From positions 1 to 32,000 of the forward strand of contig JAQVDW010000017.1 in NCBI GenBank assembly GCA_028698185.1: DNA of 32,000 nt, given 5' to 3'. How positions within the stretch are numbered: the first letter of the stretch is position 1; each line of letters opens with the position of its first letter. Under the pieces are notes generated by a model. It did no database searches, had not been told where the DNA came from, and was given only the letters and a program-made list of their open reading frames with translations. This document shows positions 15,124 through 24,854 of this stretch, piece after piece. The stretch is from Erysipelotrichaceae bacterium (GTDB taxonomy: Bacteria > Bacillota_I > Bacilli_A > Erysipelotrichales > Coprobacillaceae). Both the position numbers and the translations under genes were made by a program.

Positions 15124-16944
15124 ATGAGCGAATTATTACCAGTGTGTAAAGAAGATATGGAAAACCGCGGTTGGCAGGAAGTCGACTTTGTTTTCATCAG
15201 CGGGGACGGCTATGTCGACCACCCGACTTTTGGCATGGCCATTTTGGGCCGGGTGCTGATGGCTCACGGCTTCAAAGTGGCGGTCCTGTCCCAGCCGGAC
15301 TGGCACGATGTGGAGAATTTCAAGATCTTCGGCCGGCCCCGTCTTGGTTTTTTAATCTCTTCGGGGAACATCGACTCGATGGTCAACCACTATACAGTGG
15401 CCAAAAAAAGACGCCACAACGATGTCTACACACCTGGAAATGTCGCTTTCAAACGGCCGGACCGGGCGACCATCGTCTATTCCCAGATGGCCCGTCAGGC
15501 CTACAAAGACACGCCAATCATCATTGGGGGCATCGAAGCGAGCCTGCGGCGCATGGGGCATTATGACTATTGGTCGAACAAGGTCCGCAAGTCGATCATT
15601 ATCGATGCCAATGCCGATTTGCTGGTATATGGTATGGCGGAAAACATAATCGTGGAAATTGCCCAGGCGCTTGACAGCGGGCTTGACATCGAGTACCTGA
15701 CCTACCTTGACGGAACGGTATACAAGACCAAAAACATCGATGCCGTATACGAGGCGACCATGTTGCCGTCTTTCCAGGAAATATGCGATGACAAGAAAGC
15801 CTATGCCCGCAGCTTTTTGATCCAGTCGAAAAACACCGACCATTTCAAGGCGAACACCCTGGTTGAAACATATCCGGGCTGGTACGTGGTGCAGAACCGT
15901 CCGGCTCGGCCTTTGGAACAAAGCGAGTTTGACTGGGCCTACTCTCTTGGCTACACGCGCAATGCCCATCCGATGTACGAATCGCATATCCCGGCAATCG
16001 ACGAAGTGAAGTATTCACTTATATCCAACCGGGGCTGTTTTGGTTCGTGCAGTTTCTGCGCGATCACTTTCCATCAGGGCCGGGTTTTGCAGGCCCGTTC
16101 CCATGATTCGATAATTCAGGAGGCCAAAGAACTGATTGCCGACAAGGATTTTAAGGGCTACATTCACGATGTGGGCGGTCCGACTGCCAATTTCAGACAC
16201 CCGAGCTGCCAGCAACAGCTGACCAACGGGGTTTGTGTCGACCGGCAATGTCTCCATCCCACACCGTGCAAGAACCTGACCGTCGACCATGGCGATTACC
16301 TGTCTTTGCTGCGTAAATTGCGGACGCTGCCGGGTGTAAAGAAGGTGTTTGTCCGCAGCGGCTTGCGGTATGACTATCTGATGTATGACATGGACGACAC
16401 TTTCTTCAGGGAACTGGTTGAACATCATATTTCCGGACAGCTCAAGGTGGCGCCGGAACACATTTCCGACCATGTTCTTGACCTGATGGGGAAACCCCAT
16501 CGCGGCCTGTACGAAAAGTTTGTCGCCAAATACCATCGCCTGAACAAGGAGCTGGACAAAAATCAGTATATTGTGCCTTATCTGATTTCTTCCCATCCGG
16601 GTTCGACTCTGGATGATGCCATCGAATTGGCGGAATATCTGCGCGATATCAACCATCAGCCAAAACAAGTCCAGGACTTTTATCCAACACCAGGAACGCT
16701 CTCGACGACAATGTACTATACCGGTTTGGACCCGCGGACCATGAAAGAAGTTTACGTTCCCAAAAACGCGAAAGAAAAGGAAATGCAGCGGGCCTTGATG
16801 CAGTTCCGCGATCCCAAAAATTATGACCTGGTGTACAGCGCCCTGGTTCAAGCCAATCGGCTCGATCTGGTCGGCCATTCGCCAAAATGTCTGATCAGGC
16901 CAAGGGGAAAAAACAACCATAAAAACTACAGAAGGGCTAGATGA
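15124..16944 (+). CDS. ygiQ: YgiQ-family radical SAM protein (UPF0313), function unknown
   Basis: I take the ATG at 15124 after AAAGGAG; the track start at 15043 is an upstream extension inside recO. The N-terminal YgiQ-type segment is DFVFISGDGYVDHPTFGMAILGRVL. The radical SAM cluster motif is RGCFGSCSFCAI. The C-terminus is basic. Confidence 0.85.
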   Translation: MSELLPVCKEDMENRGWQEVDFVFISGDGYVDHPTFGMAILGRVLMAHGFKVAVLSQPDWHDVENFKIFGRPRLGFLISSGNIDSMVNHYTVAKKRRHNDVYTPGNVAFKRPDRATIVYSQMARQAYKDTPIIIGGIEASLRRMGHYDYWSNKVRKSIIIDANADLLVYGMAENIIVEIAQALDSGLDIEYLTYLDGTVYKTKNIDAVYEATMLPSFQEICDDKKAYARSFLIQSKNTDHFKANTLVETYPGWYVVQNRPARPLEQSEFDWAYSLGYTRNAHPMYESHIPAIDEVKYSLISNRGCFGSCSFCAITFHQGRVLQARSHDSIIQEAKELIADKDFKGYIHDVGGPTANFRHPSCQQQLTNGVCVDRQCLHPTPCKNLTVDHGDYLSLLRKLRTLPGVKKVFVRSGLRYDYLMYDMDDTFFRELVEHHISGQLKVAPEHISDHVLDLMGKPHRGLYEKFVAKYHRLNKELDKNQYIVPYLISSHPGSTLDDAIELAEYLRDINHQPKQVQDFYPTPGTLSTTMYYTGLDPRTMKEVYVPKNAKEKEMQRALMQFRDPKNYDLVYSALVQANRLDLVGHSPKCLIRPRGKNNHKNYRRAR

Positions 16945-17852
16945 TGAGAAACGAAGAAACTTATGTTACCAGTGGAACCCACGTTCATTTTGCGCTCTAT
17001 CTGCCTAGAATCGTAATCCGTTACCGGGCGATCGTTCAGATCCATCACGGACTGGAGGAATATAACGAACGCTATCATAAGTTCGCTTCTTTCTTGGCCA
17101 ATCATGGCTACGTGGTTATCACGGCCGATTTTCCTGGCCACGGCCAGTCGCTCAACAATTTCAACCAGGGTCAGTTCTGCGAGCTGGATGGGACCGTTAC
17201 CTTGGTGGACGATGTCGAAAGGCTGCGGGACATTGTGGCAACCCGCTATCCATCGCTGCCCTATTTCATGCTGGGATACCAGCTTGGTTCGGTTGTCTTG
17301 AAAAAGTACATCGCCCTTTTTGGCCAGAAGATTGACGGTTGCATCCTGTTGGGAACCAACGGCCAAAATCCGTTCCGTCATTATCGGGCGGCATTCAACC
17401 TGTCGTCGCTGTTTGTCAACGACAATGCCAAAAACAACTTCATCCATCAGCTTATCCACAGCCGCTTTGGCAAATCGAGCAATGCGGTCGATTACCTGAG
17501 CCATGACAGCGAAGCGGTTGCCAGCTATTATGACGACCCCTTCAATCACTTCGCCTATACGAACAAGTCATACAAGGAAATCATGCGCCTTCTTGACCAG
17601 GCGGGATCGTACGAGCAGATGAAAAACATTCCGACCGATTTGCCGATCCTGCTTCTTTCGGGCAAGGATGACTTTTTTGGCGAATACGGCAAGGGGGTCG
17701 AATGGCTCCACACCGCCTACAAGAAACTGGGCATCAAGGATGTGGAAATGAATATCTATCCCAAAATGAGGATGGATATACTCCATGAGGTTGATTATCG
17801 GGATGTCTATTGGAGGATCGTTGACTGGCTCGAAGAACACACCTATTATTAG
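16941..17852 (+). CDS. Alpha/beta-hydrolase-fold protein (lysophospholipase / monoglyceride-lipase-like, Hydrolase_4 type) lacking the nucleophile serine
   Basis: The ATGA start overlaps the ygiQ stop. Family landmarks are present: HHGLEEYNERYHKF...GYVVITADFPGHGQS, LSHDSEAVASYYDDPF, the acid residue in LLLSGKDDFF, and His in DILHEV. The nucleophile elbow reads GYQLG (17274-17288) instead of GHSMG. Confidence 0.75.
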   Translation: MMRNEETYVTSGTHVHFALYLPRIVIRYRAIVQIHHGLEEYNERYHKFASFLANHGYVVITADFPGHGQSLNNFNQGQFCELDGTVTLVDDVERLRDIVATRYPSLPYFMLGYQLGSVVLKKYIALFGQKIDGCILLGTNGQNPFRHYRAAFNLSSLFVNDNAKNNFIHQLIHSRFGKSSNAVDYLSHDSEAVASYYDDPFNHFAYTNKSYKEIMRLLDQAGSYEQMKNIPTDLPILLLSGKDDFFGEYGKGVEWLHTAYKKLGIKDVEMNIYPKMRMDILHEVDYRDVYWRIVDWLEEHTYY

Positions 17853-17867
17853 CACCCTGATAGTTGG

Positions 17868-17896
17868 TTGACAAACCAGGGTTATAAAGGTATCTT
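17868..17896 (+). promoter_or_regulatory. Candidate promoter upstream of glyQS
   Basis: TTGACA (17868-17873), a 17-nt spacer, then TATCTT (17891-17896). The -10 is imperfect. Confidence 0.3.
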
Positions 17897-17921
17897 ATAG
17901 TGGAATAAAAATATTTAAAAT

Positions 17922-17947
17922 AAAGGCTTGGGCATACCAAGTCTTTT
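17922..17947 (+). terminator. Terminator-like hairpin between the hydrolase gene and glyQS
   Basis: AAAGGCTTGG (17922-17931) pairs with CCAAGTCTTT (17937-17946): 10 bp including one G:U, with loop GCATA. The T-rich 3' side (TCTTTT) lies about 30 nt before the glyQS ATG. Confidence 0.45.
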
Positions 17948-17974
17948 ACATTTATATAAAAAAGGAGATGTCTT

Positions 17975-19348
17975 ATGAGTAAATACGATATGGAAAAATT
18001 GGTGGCTCACGCGAAGAGCCAGGGGTTTGTTTATCAGGGATCGGAAATCTATGACGGATTGGCCAATACCTGGGATTACGGTCCTTTGGGGGTCGAACTG
18101 AAAAACAACATCAAACAGGCGTGGTGGAAACGTTTCATCCAGGAGTCGCCATACAACGTCGGACTTGATTCGGCAATTTTCATGAATTCCAAAGTATGGG
18201 AAGCTTCAGGCCATGTCGACGGTTTTTCTGATCCGTTGATTGATTGCAAGTCATGCAAGACCCGTCACCGTGCCGACAAACTTATCGAGGCCTACGATCC
18301 CGATGTTCACAGTGAAGGTTGGGAAAACGCCGAGGTTGTCAAATACATAAAGGACCACAACATCACTTGTCCAAACTGCGGCTCGGGTGATTTCACTGAT
18401 GTCCGTCAGTTCAAATTGATGTTTGAAACCCATATGGGGGTTGTCGAGGATGCCAAGGATGTCGTTTATCTGCGCCCGGAAACCGCTCAAGGTATCTTTG
18501 TCAATTTCAAAAACATCCAACGTACATCGCGCAAGAAAGTTCCTTTCGGGATCGGTCAAATCGGGAAATCATTCCGGAATGAGATCACTCCGGGCAACTT
18601 CATCTTCAGAACTCGCGAGTTCGAACAGATGGAGCTGGAATTTTTCTGCCAGCCGGGAACCGATCTTGAGTGGTTCGAATACTGGAAAGAACAGTGCCGC
18701 AACTTTTTGCTTGATCTTGGCTTGAACGCTGAAAATCTCAAATTCCGCGACCATCAGCCAGAGGAGCTGTCATTCTATTCTAAGGCAACTTGCGATGTCG
18801 AGTACCAATATCCGTTCGGGTGGGGTGAACTTTGGGGTATCGCCGATAGGACCGATTATGACCTCGGCCGCCATCAGGAAGTTTCCAAGAAAAACCTGGA
18901 ATACCTGGATCCGACAACAAATGAAAAATACTTGCCTTATGTAATCGAGCCTTCAGTCGGGGCGGATCGGCTTTTCCTGGCGATTCTTTGCGACAGCATC
19001 GAAGACGAGACATTGGAAGACGGGACAATCAGAACGGTAATGCATCTTGATCCTAAGATCGCACCGGTCAAAGTTGCAATCCTGCCGCTTACCAAGAAGT
19101 TGAGCGAAAAAGGTGAGGAAGTTTACCAAAAACTGATCAAGGAATTCAATTGCGAATTCGACCTTACCGGTCAAATCGGGAAACGTTACCGCCGTCAGGA
19201 CGCGATTGGAACACCATATTGCGTCACCGTCGATTTCGATACTTTGGAAGACAATACCGTGACTGTAAGGGAACGCGACAGCATGGAACAGGTTCGGATG
19301 AACATTGATGAACTTAGCGCATACTTCAACGGATTGGTGAGATTTTAG
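17975..19348 (+). CDS. glyQS: Glycine--tRNA ligase, single-chain alpha2 type
   Basis: The translation includes [79 protein letters not shown] and [11 protein letters not shown]. Length is 457 aa, and the SD AAAGGAG is present. Confidence 0.93.
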   Translation: MSKYDMEKLVAHAKSQGFVYQGSEIYDGLANTWDYGPLGVELKNNIKQAWWKRFIQESPYNVGLDSAIFMNSKVWEASGHVDGFSDPLIDCKSCKTRHRADKLIEAYDPDVHSEGWENAEVVKYIKDHNITCPNCGSGDFTDVRQFKLMFETHMGVVEDAKDVVYLRPETAQGIFVNFKNIQRTSRKKVPFGIGQIGKSFRNEITPGNFIFRTREFEQMELEFFCQPGTDLEWFEYWKEQCRNFLLDLGLNAENLKFRDHQPEELSFYSKATCDVEYQYPFGWGELWGIADRTDYDLGRHQEVSKKNLEYLDPTTNEKYLPYVIEPSVGADRLFLAILCDSIEDETLEDGTIRTVMHLDPKIAPVKVAILPLTKKLSEKGEEVYQKLIKEFNCEFDLTGQIGKRYRRQDAIGTPYCVTVDFDTLEDNTVTVRERDSMEQVRMNIDELSAYFNGLVRF

Positions 19349-19362
19349 AAAGGTTTGATTTG

Positions 19363-21135
19363 ATGGCCCGGTTGCCTAGAGAAAAAATTCAAGAAATAAG
19401 ACAGGCGGTCGATATAGTCGATGTGGTTGGCAATTACATCGCCCTGGAAAAAAGCGGCCGCAACTACAAGGGATTATGTCCTTTTCACGAGGATTCCAAT
19501 CCTTCTTTGTCGGTCTCGCCCGAAAAGCAGATATATCATTGTTTTGTGTGCAATGCCGGTGGCAATGTGTTTGACTTTGTCGAGAACTACAACAAGGTCT
19601 CTTTCATCGAGGCGGTCAAGACGGTGGCTGGATTTGCCAATATTGACTTATCCAGGTACCAGCTTGACCATCAGTCCCACCGCAGTGCCCCCCAGGATCC
19701 CCTGTACACGCTTCAAGATGATGCCTTGAATCTTTACAGCTTCTACCTGTTCACCAAACAGGGGTTGTCAGCCAAGGACTATCTCAACCGGCGCAACATG
19801 AACCAGGATGTGATCAGCCATTTCAATATCGGCTATGCGCCCCATGGCAACGTGTTGACCAAGGCGTTCACCGAGAAGGGAATCGATTTCAAGACGATGG
19901 TCCAGACCGGTCTGATAATCGAATCCTTCGAGGGCCGGGACCTGTTTGAACATCGAATCATCTTTCCCATCCACAATATGGCGGGGCAGGTTGTGGCTTT
20001 TTCGGGGCGGATTTTCGATGACAATCCCAATGTGCCCAAATACATAAATTCGCCCGAGACGAAGATATTTGTCAAGGGTAACGTCCTGTACAATTATCAT
20101 CGGGCTATCAAGACGATCAGGGAAAAGGATGCCATTGTTATCTGCGAAGGGTTTATGGATGTAATCGCCTATTACAAGGCGGGAATTGAAAATGCCGTCG
20201 CCTTGATGGGAACGGCGTTCACCAAAAACCATCTGGGCGCCATCAGGCGTCTGACAAGAAACATAATCCTTTCTCTCGATGGCGACAAGGCCGGGAAGCA
20301 GGCGACAATCAAGATAATCGAAGCCCTCGCCAACCAAGATTTCCATATCCGGGTTGTAAGCTTGCCGGGAAACCGGGATCCTGACGAGATTCTTGAATCC
20401 GGCGGCAAGGAGCAGTTGGTAAGTTTCATCACCAATGCGCCCAGCGCATTCGAGTTCATGCTTGACTACGAGGCCCGCACGACAAACCTGAACAATTACG
20501 AAGAAAAAAAGCGCTTTTTGATCAGGATGGCGGCCCAAATCAAGAATATGGACAACCAGTTTGACCGGGATTTCTACATTGACAAGCTTGCCAAAATGGC
20601 CGATGTGGCGACGTCCATCGTGGAATCACTGATTGGCATCGAGACCAGGCCGGATTTCAAACCGGCAGCCCGGCCGTTGCAGACCCGCTTGATCAGACCG
20701 GCCAAAGTTATAGACAAATATCTCCAGGCTCAGCAGGGATTGCTTTACTACATGATGCAAAACAAGAAATTGGCCAAGATGTACGAATCGAAACTGGGGT
20801 TCATGATCGACAAATCATACCAGCTTATCGCCAATTATATTTTGGATTATTACAGTCGCAATGAGACTCTCGATGTCGCTGATTTCCTGGAATGTCTCCC
20901 AGACGAAAATTTTCAAAAGGTAATCATCGCTATCGCCCAGCTAGACCTGCCGGAAATCAACGACAGCCATGCAGTCGAGGATTATATTTCCCTGGTCAAG
21001 GAAAAAATAATATTGGAACGAATTGATTTTCTGGTCGCCAAGATGAATGAAAGCATAGATCTTGACCAGAAAAATGAATTAGCTATAGAAATTGTAAATT
21101 TGAAAAAAGAGGTAAAAAATGGCGGCAAAAGTTAA
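19363..21135 (+). CDS. dnaG: DNA primase
   Basis: I prefer the ATG at 19363 (the track TTG at 19360 is one codon earlier). The CHC2 zinc finger [30 protein letters not shown] is present. The TOPRIM region has EGFMDVI and [12 protein letters not shown]. Confidence 0.93.
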   Translation: MARLPREKIQEIRQAVDIVDVVGNYIALEKSGRNYKGLCPFHEDSNPSLSVSPEKQIYHCFVCNAGGNVFDFVENYNKVSFIEAVKTVAGFANIDLSRYQLDHQSHRSAPQDPLYTLQDDALNLYSFYLFTKQGLSAKDYLNRRNMNQDVISHFNIGYAPHGNVLTKAFTEKGIDFKTMVQTGLIIESFEGRDLFEHRIIFPIHNMAGQVVAFSGRIFDDNPNVPKYINSPETKIFVKGNVLYNYHRAIKTIREKDAIVICEGFMDVIAYYKAGIENAVALMGTAFTKNHLGAIRRLTRNIILSLDGDKAGKQATIKIIEALANQDFHIRVVSLPGNRDPDEILESGGKEQLVSFITNAPSAFEFMLDYEARTTNLNNYEEKKRFLIRMAAQIKNMDNQFDRDFYIDKLAKMADVATSIVESLIGIETRPDFKPAARPLQTRLIRPAKVIDKYLQAQQGLLYYMMQNKKLAKMYESKLGFMIDKSYQLIANYILDYYSRNETLDVADFLECLPDENFQKVIIAIAQLDLPEINDSHAVEDYISLVKEKIILERIDFLVAKMNESIDLDQKNELAIEIVNLKKEVKNGGKS

Positions 21136-22351
21136 AAGACCTACGGCACTATCATTTGATGAATTGAAAGAAATGATTCTCAATGATGCCAAGGCGGAAA
21201 ATAATGTATTATCGCAGGACGCGATTGACGATTACATGTCAACTTATGACCTTTCGGACGAACTGGCTGACGAATTGTTATCCTTCATTTCCGAAAACAA
21301 AATAACCATCGCCGATGGTTTGGACAGTCTCGATGACGAAGATGTCAACCTGATGGAAGATGATGACGATTTCGAGCTTGATGACGACATGGATGAAGAT
21401 ATTCCTGAGCTGGATTTCGAAGGCGACTTCGACCTGTCGACCGGAGACACTTTCAACATGTACTCAACCAAGGAGGCCGATGATGAGTATGACGGGACCA
21501 AACTAGGTGCCAATGTCAAAATCAATGATCCGGTAAAAATGTACCTGAAAGAAATCGGACGGGTTGACCTGCTTTCACAAGACGAGGAAGTGCATTTGGC
21601 CCAACAGATTCTCGAAGGAAATGAAGATGCAAAAAAACGTCTTGCAGCCGCTAACTTGCGTTTGGTCGTATCGATTGCCAAACGTTACGTTGGCCGTGGT
21701 ATGCTTTTCCTTGATCTTATCCAGGAAGGGAATATGGGACTTATCAAGGCGGTTGAGAAATTTGACTACACCAAAGGGTTCAAATTCTCGACATATGCGA
21801 CTTGGTGGATCCGTCAAGCGATCACCCGGGCCATTGCCGACCAGGCAAGAACAATCCGGATACCGGTCCACATGGTTGAAACGATCAACAAGCTGACCCG
21901 GATCCAACGGCAATTGATCCAGGAGTTGGGCCGTGAGCCGACTGCCGAGGAGATTGCCGAACAGATGCCAGGGATGACCCCGCAAAAAGTCCGGGAAATC
22001 CAAAAAATATCACTCGAACCGGTTTCTTTGGAAACTCCTATCGGCGAAGAGGACGACTCACATCTAGGAGATTTCATCGAAGATGAAGGGGCAATGAGTC
22101 CTGATGACTATGCCGCCAGCGAACTGTTGAAAGACGAGCTTAGCGAAGTCCTGCTCGAGCTTACCGATCGTGAAGAGAAAGTATTGCGTCTGCGTTTCGG
22201 ACTTGATGACGGCCGGACCAGAACTCTCGAAGAAGTGGGTAAGGAATTCAACGTAACCCGCGAGCGGATTCGCCAGATCGAAGCCAAAGCTTTGAGAAAA
22301 CTGAAACATCCCTCACGTTCCAAACGATTAAAAGACTTTTTGGACCATTAA
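21119..22351 (+). CDS. rpoD: Primary RNA polymerase sigma factor (SigA/RpoD)
   Basis: It overlaps dnaG by 17 nt. The N-terminal region is acidic. Conserved regions are present: [54 protein letters not shown] and [33 protein letters not shown]. Confidence 0.95.
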   Translation: MAAKVKRPTALSFDELKEMILNDAKAENNVLSQDAIDDYMSTYDLSDELADELLSFISENKITIADGLDSLDDEDVNLMEDDDDFELDDDMDEDIPELDFEGDFDLSTGDTFNMYSTKEADDEYDGTKLGANVKINDPVKMYLKEIGRVDLLSQDEEVHLAQQILEGNEDAKKRLAAANLRLVVSIAKRYVGRGMLFLDLIQEGNMGLIKAVEKFDYTKGFKFSTYATWWIRQAITRAIADQARTIRIPVHMVETINKLTRIQRQLIQELGREPTAEEIAEQMPGMTPQKVREIQKISLEPVSLETPIGEEDDSHLGDFIEDEGAMSPDDYAASELLKDELSEVLLELTDREEKVLRLRFGLDDGRTRTLEEVGKEFNVTRERIRQIEAKALRKLKHPSRSKRLKDFLDH

Positions 22352-22354
22352 GCC

Positions 22355-23071
22355 ATGAAGCTCTCTAGTCGTTTGAAGACCCTGGCTGACCTGATTGAAA
22401 AATACAGGAAGGGTGAAATACTTGCCGATATCGGATCCGACCATGCCTATTTGCCCTGCTTTCTGGTTGGCAAGGGCGTCGTATCCAAAGCCTATGCTTG
22501 CGACATCACCCCCGGACCGGTAAAAAGCGCACTTGAGACAGTCGCCTATTACCACCTCGAAGATAGAATCGAGGTGCTAATGGGGGACGGGCTCGAGCCG
22601 ATCCTCGACAAGAAAGTCGACATGATCGCGATTGCGGGCATGGGTTCGTACCTTATCAGTGACATTCTCGAAGAGAACAAGAATTATTTAAAACATGTCA
22701 AGATGTTGTTCCTGCAACCAAACGCTAACATCGACCATCTGCGGATGTATCTTTACGAAAACAATTATCTCATTGTCGATGAGGCCATAGTTAGGGATGG
22801 AAACCATATATATGAAATGGTCGTCGCCATTCTTGATGAAACGGAATGCGTCTGTGATATCAAGGGTCTGGTTGATATGCGCAGCATTGAATTTGGACCG
22901 ATCCTATCCAAGGTGCAATCGCCGTTGTTTGTTGAAAAATGGAACCGCCAGTACCGCCTTTACAATGAGGTGGTCAAGGCTATAGAAAAGACTAATCCCC
23001 GCTACGAGGAACTTGTCGCCAAAATTAGGATGATCGAGGAGGTCCTGGATGAAAATCTCGACAATCGTTGA
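22355..23071 (+). CDS. trmK: tRNA (adenine22-N1)-methyltransferase TrmK (YqfN-like)
   Basis: The N-terminus is MKLSSRLKTLADLI...LADIGSDHAYLPCFLV. The motif IAGMG is present. The position after sigA matches Bacillus. Confidence 0.8.
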   Translation: MKLSSRLKTLADLIEKYRKGEILADIGSDHAYLPCFLVGKGVVSKAYACDITPGPVKSALETVAYYHLEDRIEVLMGDGLEPILDKKVDMIAIAGMGSYLISDILEENKNYLKHVKMLFLQPNANIDHLRMYLYENNYLIVDEAIVRDGNHIYEMVVAILDETECVCDIKGLVDMRSIEFGPILSKVQSPLFVEKWNRQYRLYNEVVKAIEKTNPRYEELVAKIRMIEEVLDENLDNR

Positions 23072-23807
23072 TCACCTTGAACAGTATTTCCCGTTTGCTA
23101 TCCAGGAAACCTGGGACCGCTCCGGCCTGCAGATAGGCAACCTTGATGGCGAGGCCAACAAGGTCATGGTCAGTTTGAACTGTGATCTGACGGCCGTCGA
23201 AAAGGCTATCGAAAATGGCTGCGAGCTGCTTGTGACCCACCATCCGTTTTTGTTGAACAAGTTTGACAATTATGACACGGGTACAGCTTATACCCGGATT
23301 CTGGAAAAGGCCTTGAAACACAATCTTACCGTTGTTTCTTTCCATACCTGCCTTGACCGGGGAATCATCGGTGTTTCCATGAACTACTGGCTCATTTCAA
23401 AGTTGCCGGTCGGTGAGATAAAAAATTACGATGAAACCGGAATTGGCAAGATGGCGATTCTCGATAATGAATATGACTTTGATGGTTTCGTCGAACTCGC
23501 GAAGAACCGCTTCGGACTGGAAACCGTGAGGACCAATGAGCTCTCCGGCAAGAAAATCAGGTCTGTCGCGATTTGCGGCGGTTCCGGTTTTGATGACATC
23601 AATAAGCTCTTTGGCAAAGTCGACTGCTTCATTTCGGGCGACTGCAAATACCATCAGGGGCAAGTTGCAACAGAAAACAATCTGGCAGTCATCGACGCTT
23701 CCCACCATTTGGAAGTGATCATGGAACTGGAGGTCGCGAAGATGCTTTCCTGTTTTGAACTGGAGATTATCACGGCCGGGTGCACCGATTATCTTCAGGT
23801 AAAATAA
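23049..23807 (+). CDS. Nif3-family dinuclear metal centre protein (YqfO/YbgI-like), short form
   Basis: The SD GAGGAGG precedes it, and it overlaps trmK by 23 nt. Motifs seen: ETWDRSGLQIGN, LLVTHHPFLL, GGSGFD and IDASHHLE. At 252 aa it appears to lack the inserted domain of the longer Bacillus form. Confidence 0.8.
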   Translation: MKISTIVDHLEQYFPFAIQETWDRSGLQIGNLDGEANKVMVSLNCDLTAVEKAIENGCELLVTHHPFLLNKFDNYDTGTAYTRILEKALKHNLTVVSFHTCLDRGIIGVSMNYWLISKLPVGEIKNYDETGIGKMAILDNEYDFDGFVELAKNRFGLETVRTNELSGKKIRSVAICGGSGFDDINKLFGKVDCFISGDCKYHQGQVATENNLAVIDASHHLEVIMELEVAKMLSCFELEIITAGCTDYLQVK

Positions 23808-23822
23808 AAAATCCAGCTGGCG

Positions 23823-24737
23823 CTAGATTACTTTATCCAATTCAATTTTGGGTTTTTCATAAGTTGATTTATCGCAAGGATCGAATCTTTCAAGGTATTC
23901 AATCACCTGGCGAGTCAGATAGGTTGGTGTGGAAGCTCCAGAAGTTACTGCACCAACTTTTTTATCAAGCAGATCATCGGTATTGATATCCTGCACCGTC
24001 TCAATCGTGAACACCGCCGCCTTTGTTTTTTGCCGGGCGATCTGGGCTAGTTTCTGGGAATTGTTCGAATGGGGATCACCGACGACATAGATGATGTCAA
24101 CTTCCTTGGCGACATTGCCAATTGCTTCTTGACGGACCTTGGTGGCATCGCAGATCTCATCGGCGAGTTCTAGATTGGGAAATTTTTCCTTTGCCGCTTC
24201 AAAAATATTGAAGATGTCGTAGATTGACATGGTCGTCTGGTTGGTGATCAGGTATTTCTGATTTGCGTCGAGCCGGTCGAAGTCGCTGATTTTTGTGATC
24301 AGATGGATTCTGGCGGGATCGATGGCAACCGCTCCCTCGCTTTCGGGATGACCCGACTTGCCCACATAGAGGATTTCAAATCCCTGAGATATTTTTTCCT
24401 TGATCAGATCGTGGGTCTTGATTACATCGAGACAGGTTGCGTCGACCACATTGAGCCCCTTTGCCAGCGCCTTGTCGATGACGCTCTGGCTTGTTCCGTG
24501 GGCCGAAATGATGACAGTCCCTTTGTCGACCAGGTCGACCAGGTCTTCCCGGGAAGCGCCTTTTTTATCGACGGTTTTGATGTTCATTTTTTCCAGGGCA
24601 TCTACCACATACTGGTTGTGGACAATCATGCCAAGGATGGTCACCGGCTCCTGGGAGTCGCGATATTTTTTGGCCATGGAAATCGCACGGATAACCCCTT
24701 TGCAATAACCACGGGGTGTTATTGGAATAACTTTCAT
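23823..24737 (-). CDS. ispH: 4-hydroxy-3-methylbut-2-enyl diphosphate reductase
   Basis: I take the internal ATG at 24737, preceded by GAGGTG; the track ORF extends 30 codons further. The protein starts MKVIPITPRGYCKGV. Cluster cysteines lie in GYCKGV, ATCLDV and ICDATKVRQ, and NQTTMS is present. Confidence 0.9.
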   Translation of the reverse strand: MKVIPITPRGYCKGVIRAISMAKKYRDSQEPVTILGMIVHNQYVVDALEKMNIKTVDKKGASREDLVDLVDKGTVIISAHGTSQSVIDKALAKGLNVVDATCLDVIKTHDLIKEKISQGFEILYVGKSGHPESEGAVAIDPARIHLITKISDFDRLDANQKYLITNQTTMSIYDIFNIFEAAKEKFPNLELADEICDATKVRQEAIGNVAKEVDIIYVVGDPHSNNSQKLAQIARQKTKAAVFTIETVQDINTDDLLDKKVGAVTSGASTPTYLTRQVIEYLERFDPCDKSTYEKPKIELDKVI

Positions 24738-24753
24738 TTTTTCACCTCGATTC

Positions 24754-24781
24754 ATTATATCATGACTGCAATTCAACTCAA
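24754..24781 (-). promoter_or_regulatory. Candidate ispH promoter
   Basis: On the minus strand: TTGAGT (24781-24776), a 16-nt spacer, then TGATATAAT (extended -10, with TATAAT at 24759-24754). Confidence 0.4.
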
Positions 24782-24798
24782 ATTGTTTTGTAAAAAAG

Positions 24799-24827
24799 TT
24801 GTAAACATCCCCTAAAGATGGTATCAT
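24799..24827 (+). promoter_or_regulatory. Candidate promoter of the DEAD-box helicase gene
   Basis: TTGTAA (24799-24804), a 17-nt spacer ending in TGG (extended -10 TG), then TATCAT (24822-24827). It is divergent from the ispH promoter. Confidence 0.4.
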
Positions 24828-24854
24828 GCTTTAAGCATTAAAAGGAGGTATACC

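Noticed and set aside
16015-16920. Very long antisense ORFs lie inside real genes. Examples: 301 aa at 16015..16920, 211 aa at 15352..15987 and 207 aa at 16926..17549 (opposite ygiQ and the hydrolase). Others: 256 aa at 19768..20538 opposite dnaG, 191 aa at 25617..26192 opposite cshB, 164 aa at 13123..13617 opposite cdd, and 170 aa at 24303..24815 opposite ispH.
   Set aside because: Those I checked share exact codon boundaries with the sense gene (the same coordinate modulo 3). Antisense stops then arise only from sense codons TTA, CTA and TCA, which these G/C-ending-codon genes rarely use. The sense frames carry unambiguous family motifs, while the antisense translations are low-complexity with no motif or SD that I recognise. 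This is a codon-usage artefact, not overlapping genes.
17853-17974. A T-box riboswitch upstream of glyQS.
   Set aside because: The region is too short (122 nt) and I could not find Stem I, a specifier or T-box consensus elements. It is reported instead as an unexplained short leader.
23808-23822. A possible missing terminator between the convergent nif3 and ispH genes (15-nt gap containing the palindrome CCAGCTGG).
   Set aside because: The palindrome is too short to form a stable terminator hairpin and has no flanking T or A tracts. I cannot support a feature here. Termination may occur within the coding ends or be factor-dependent.
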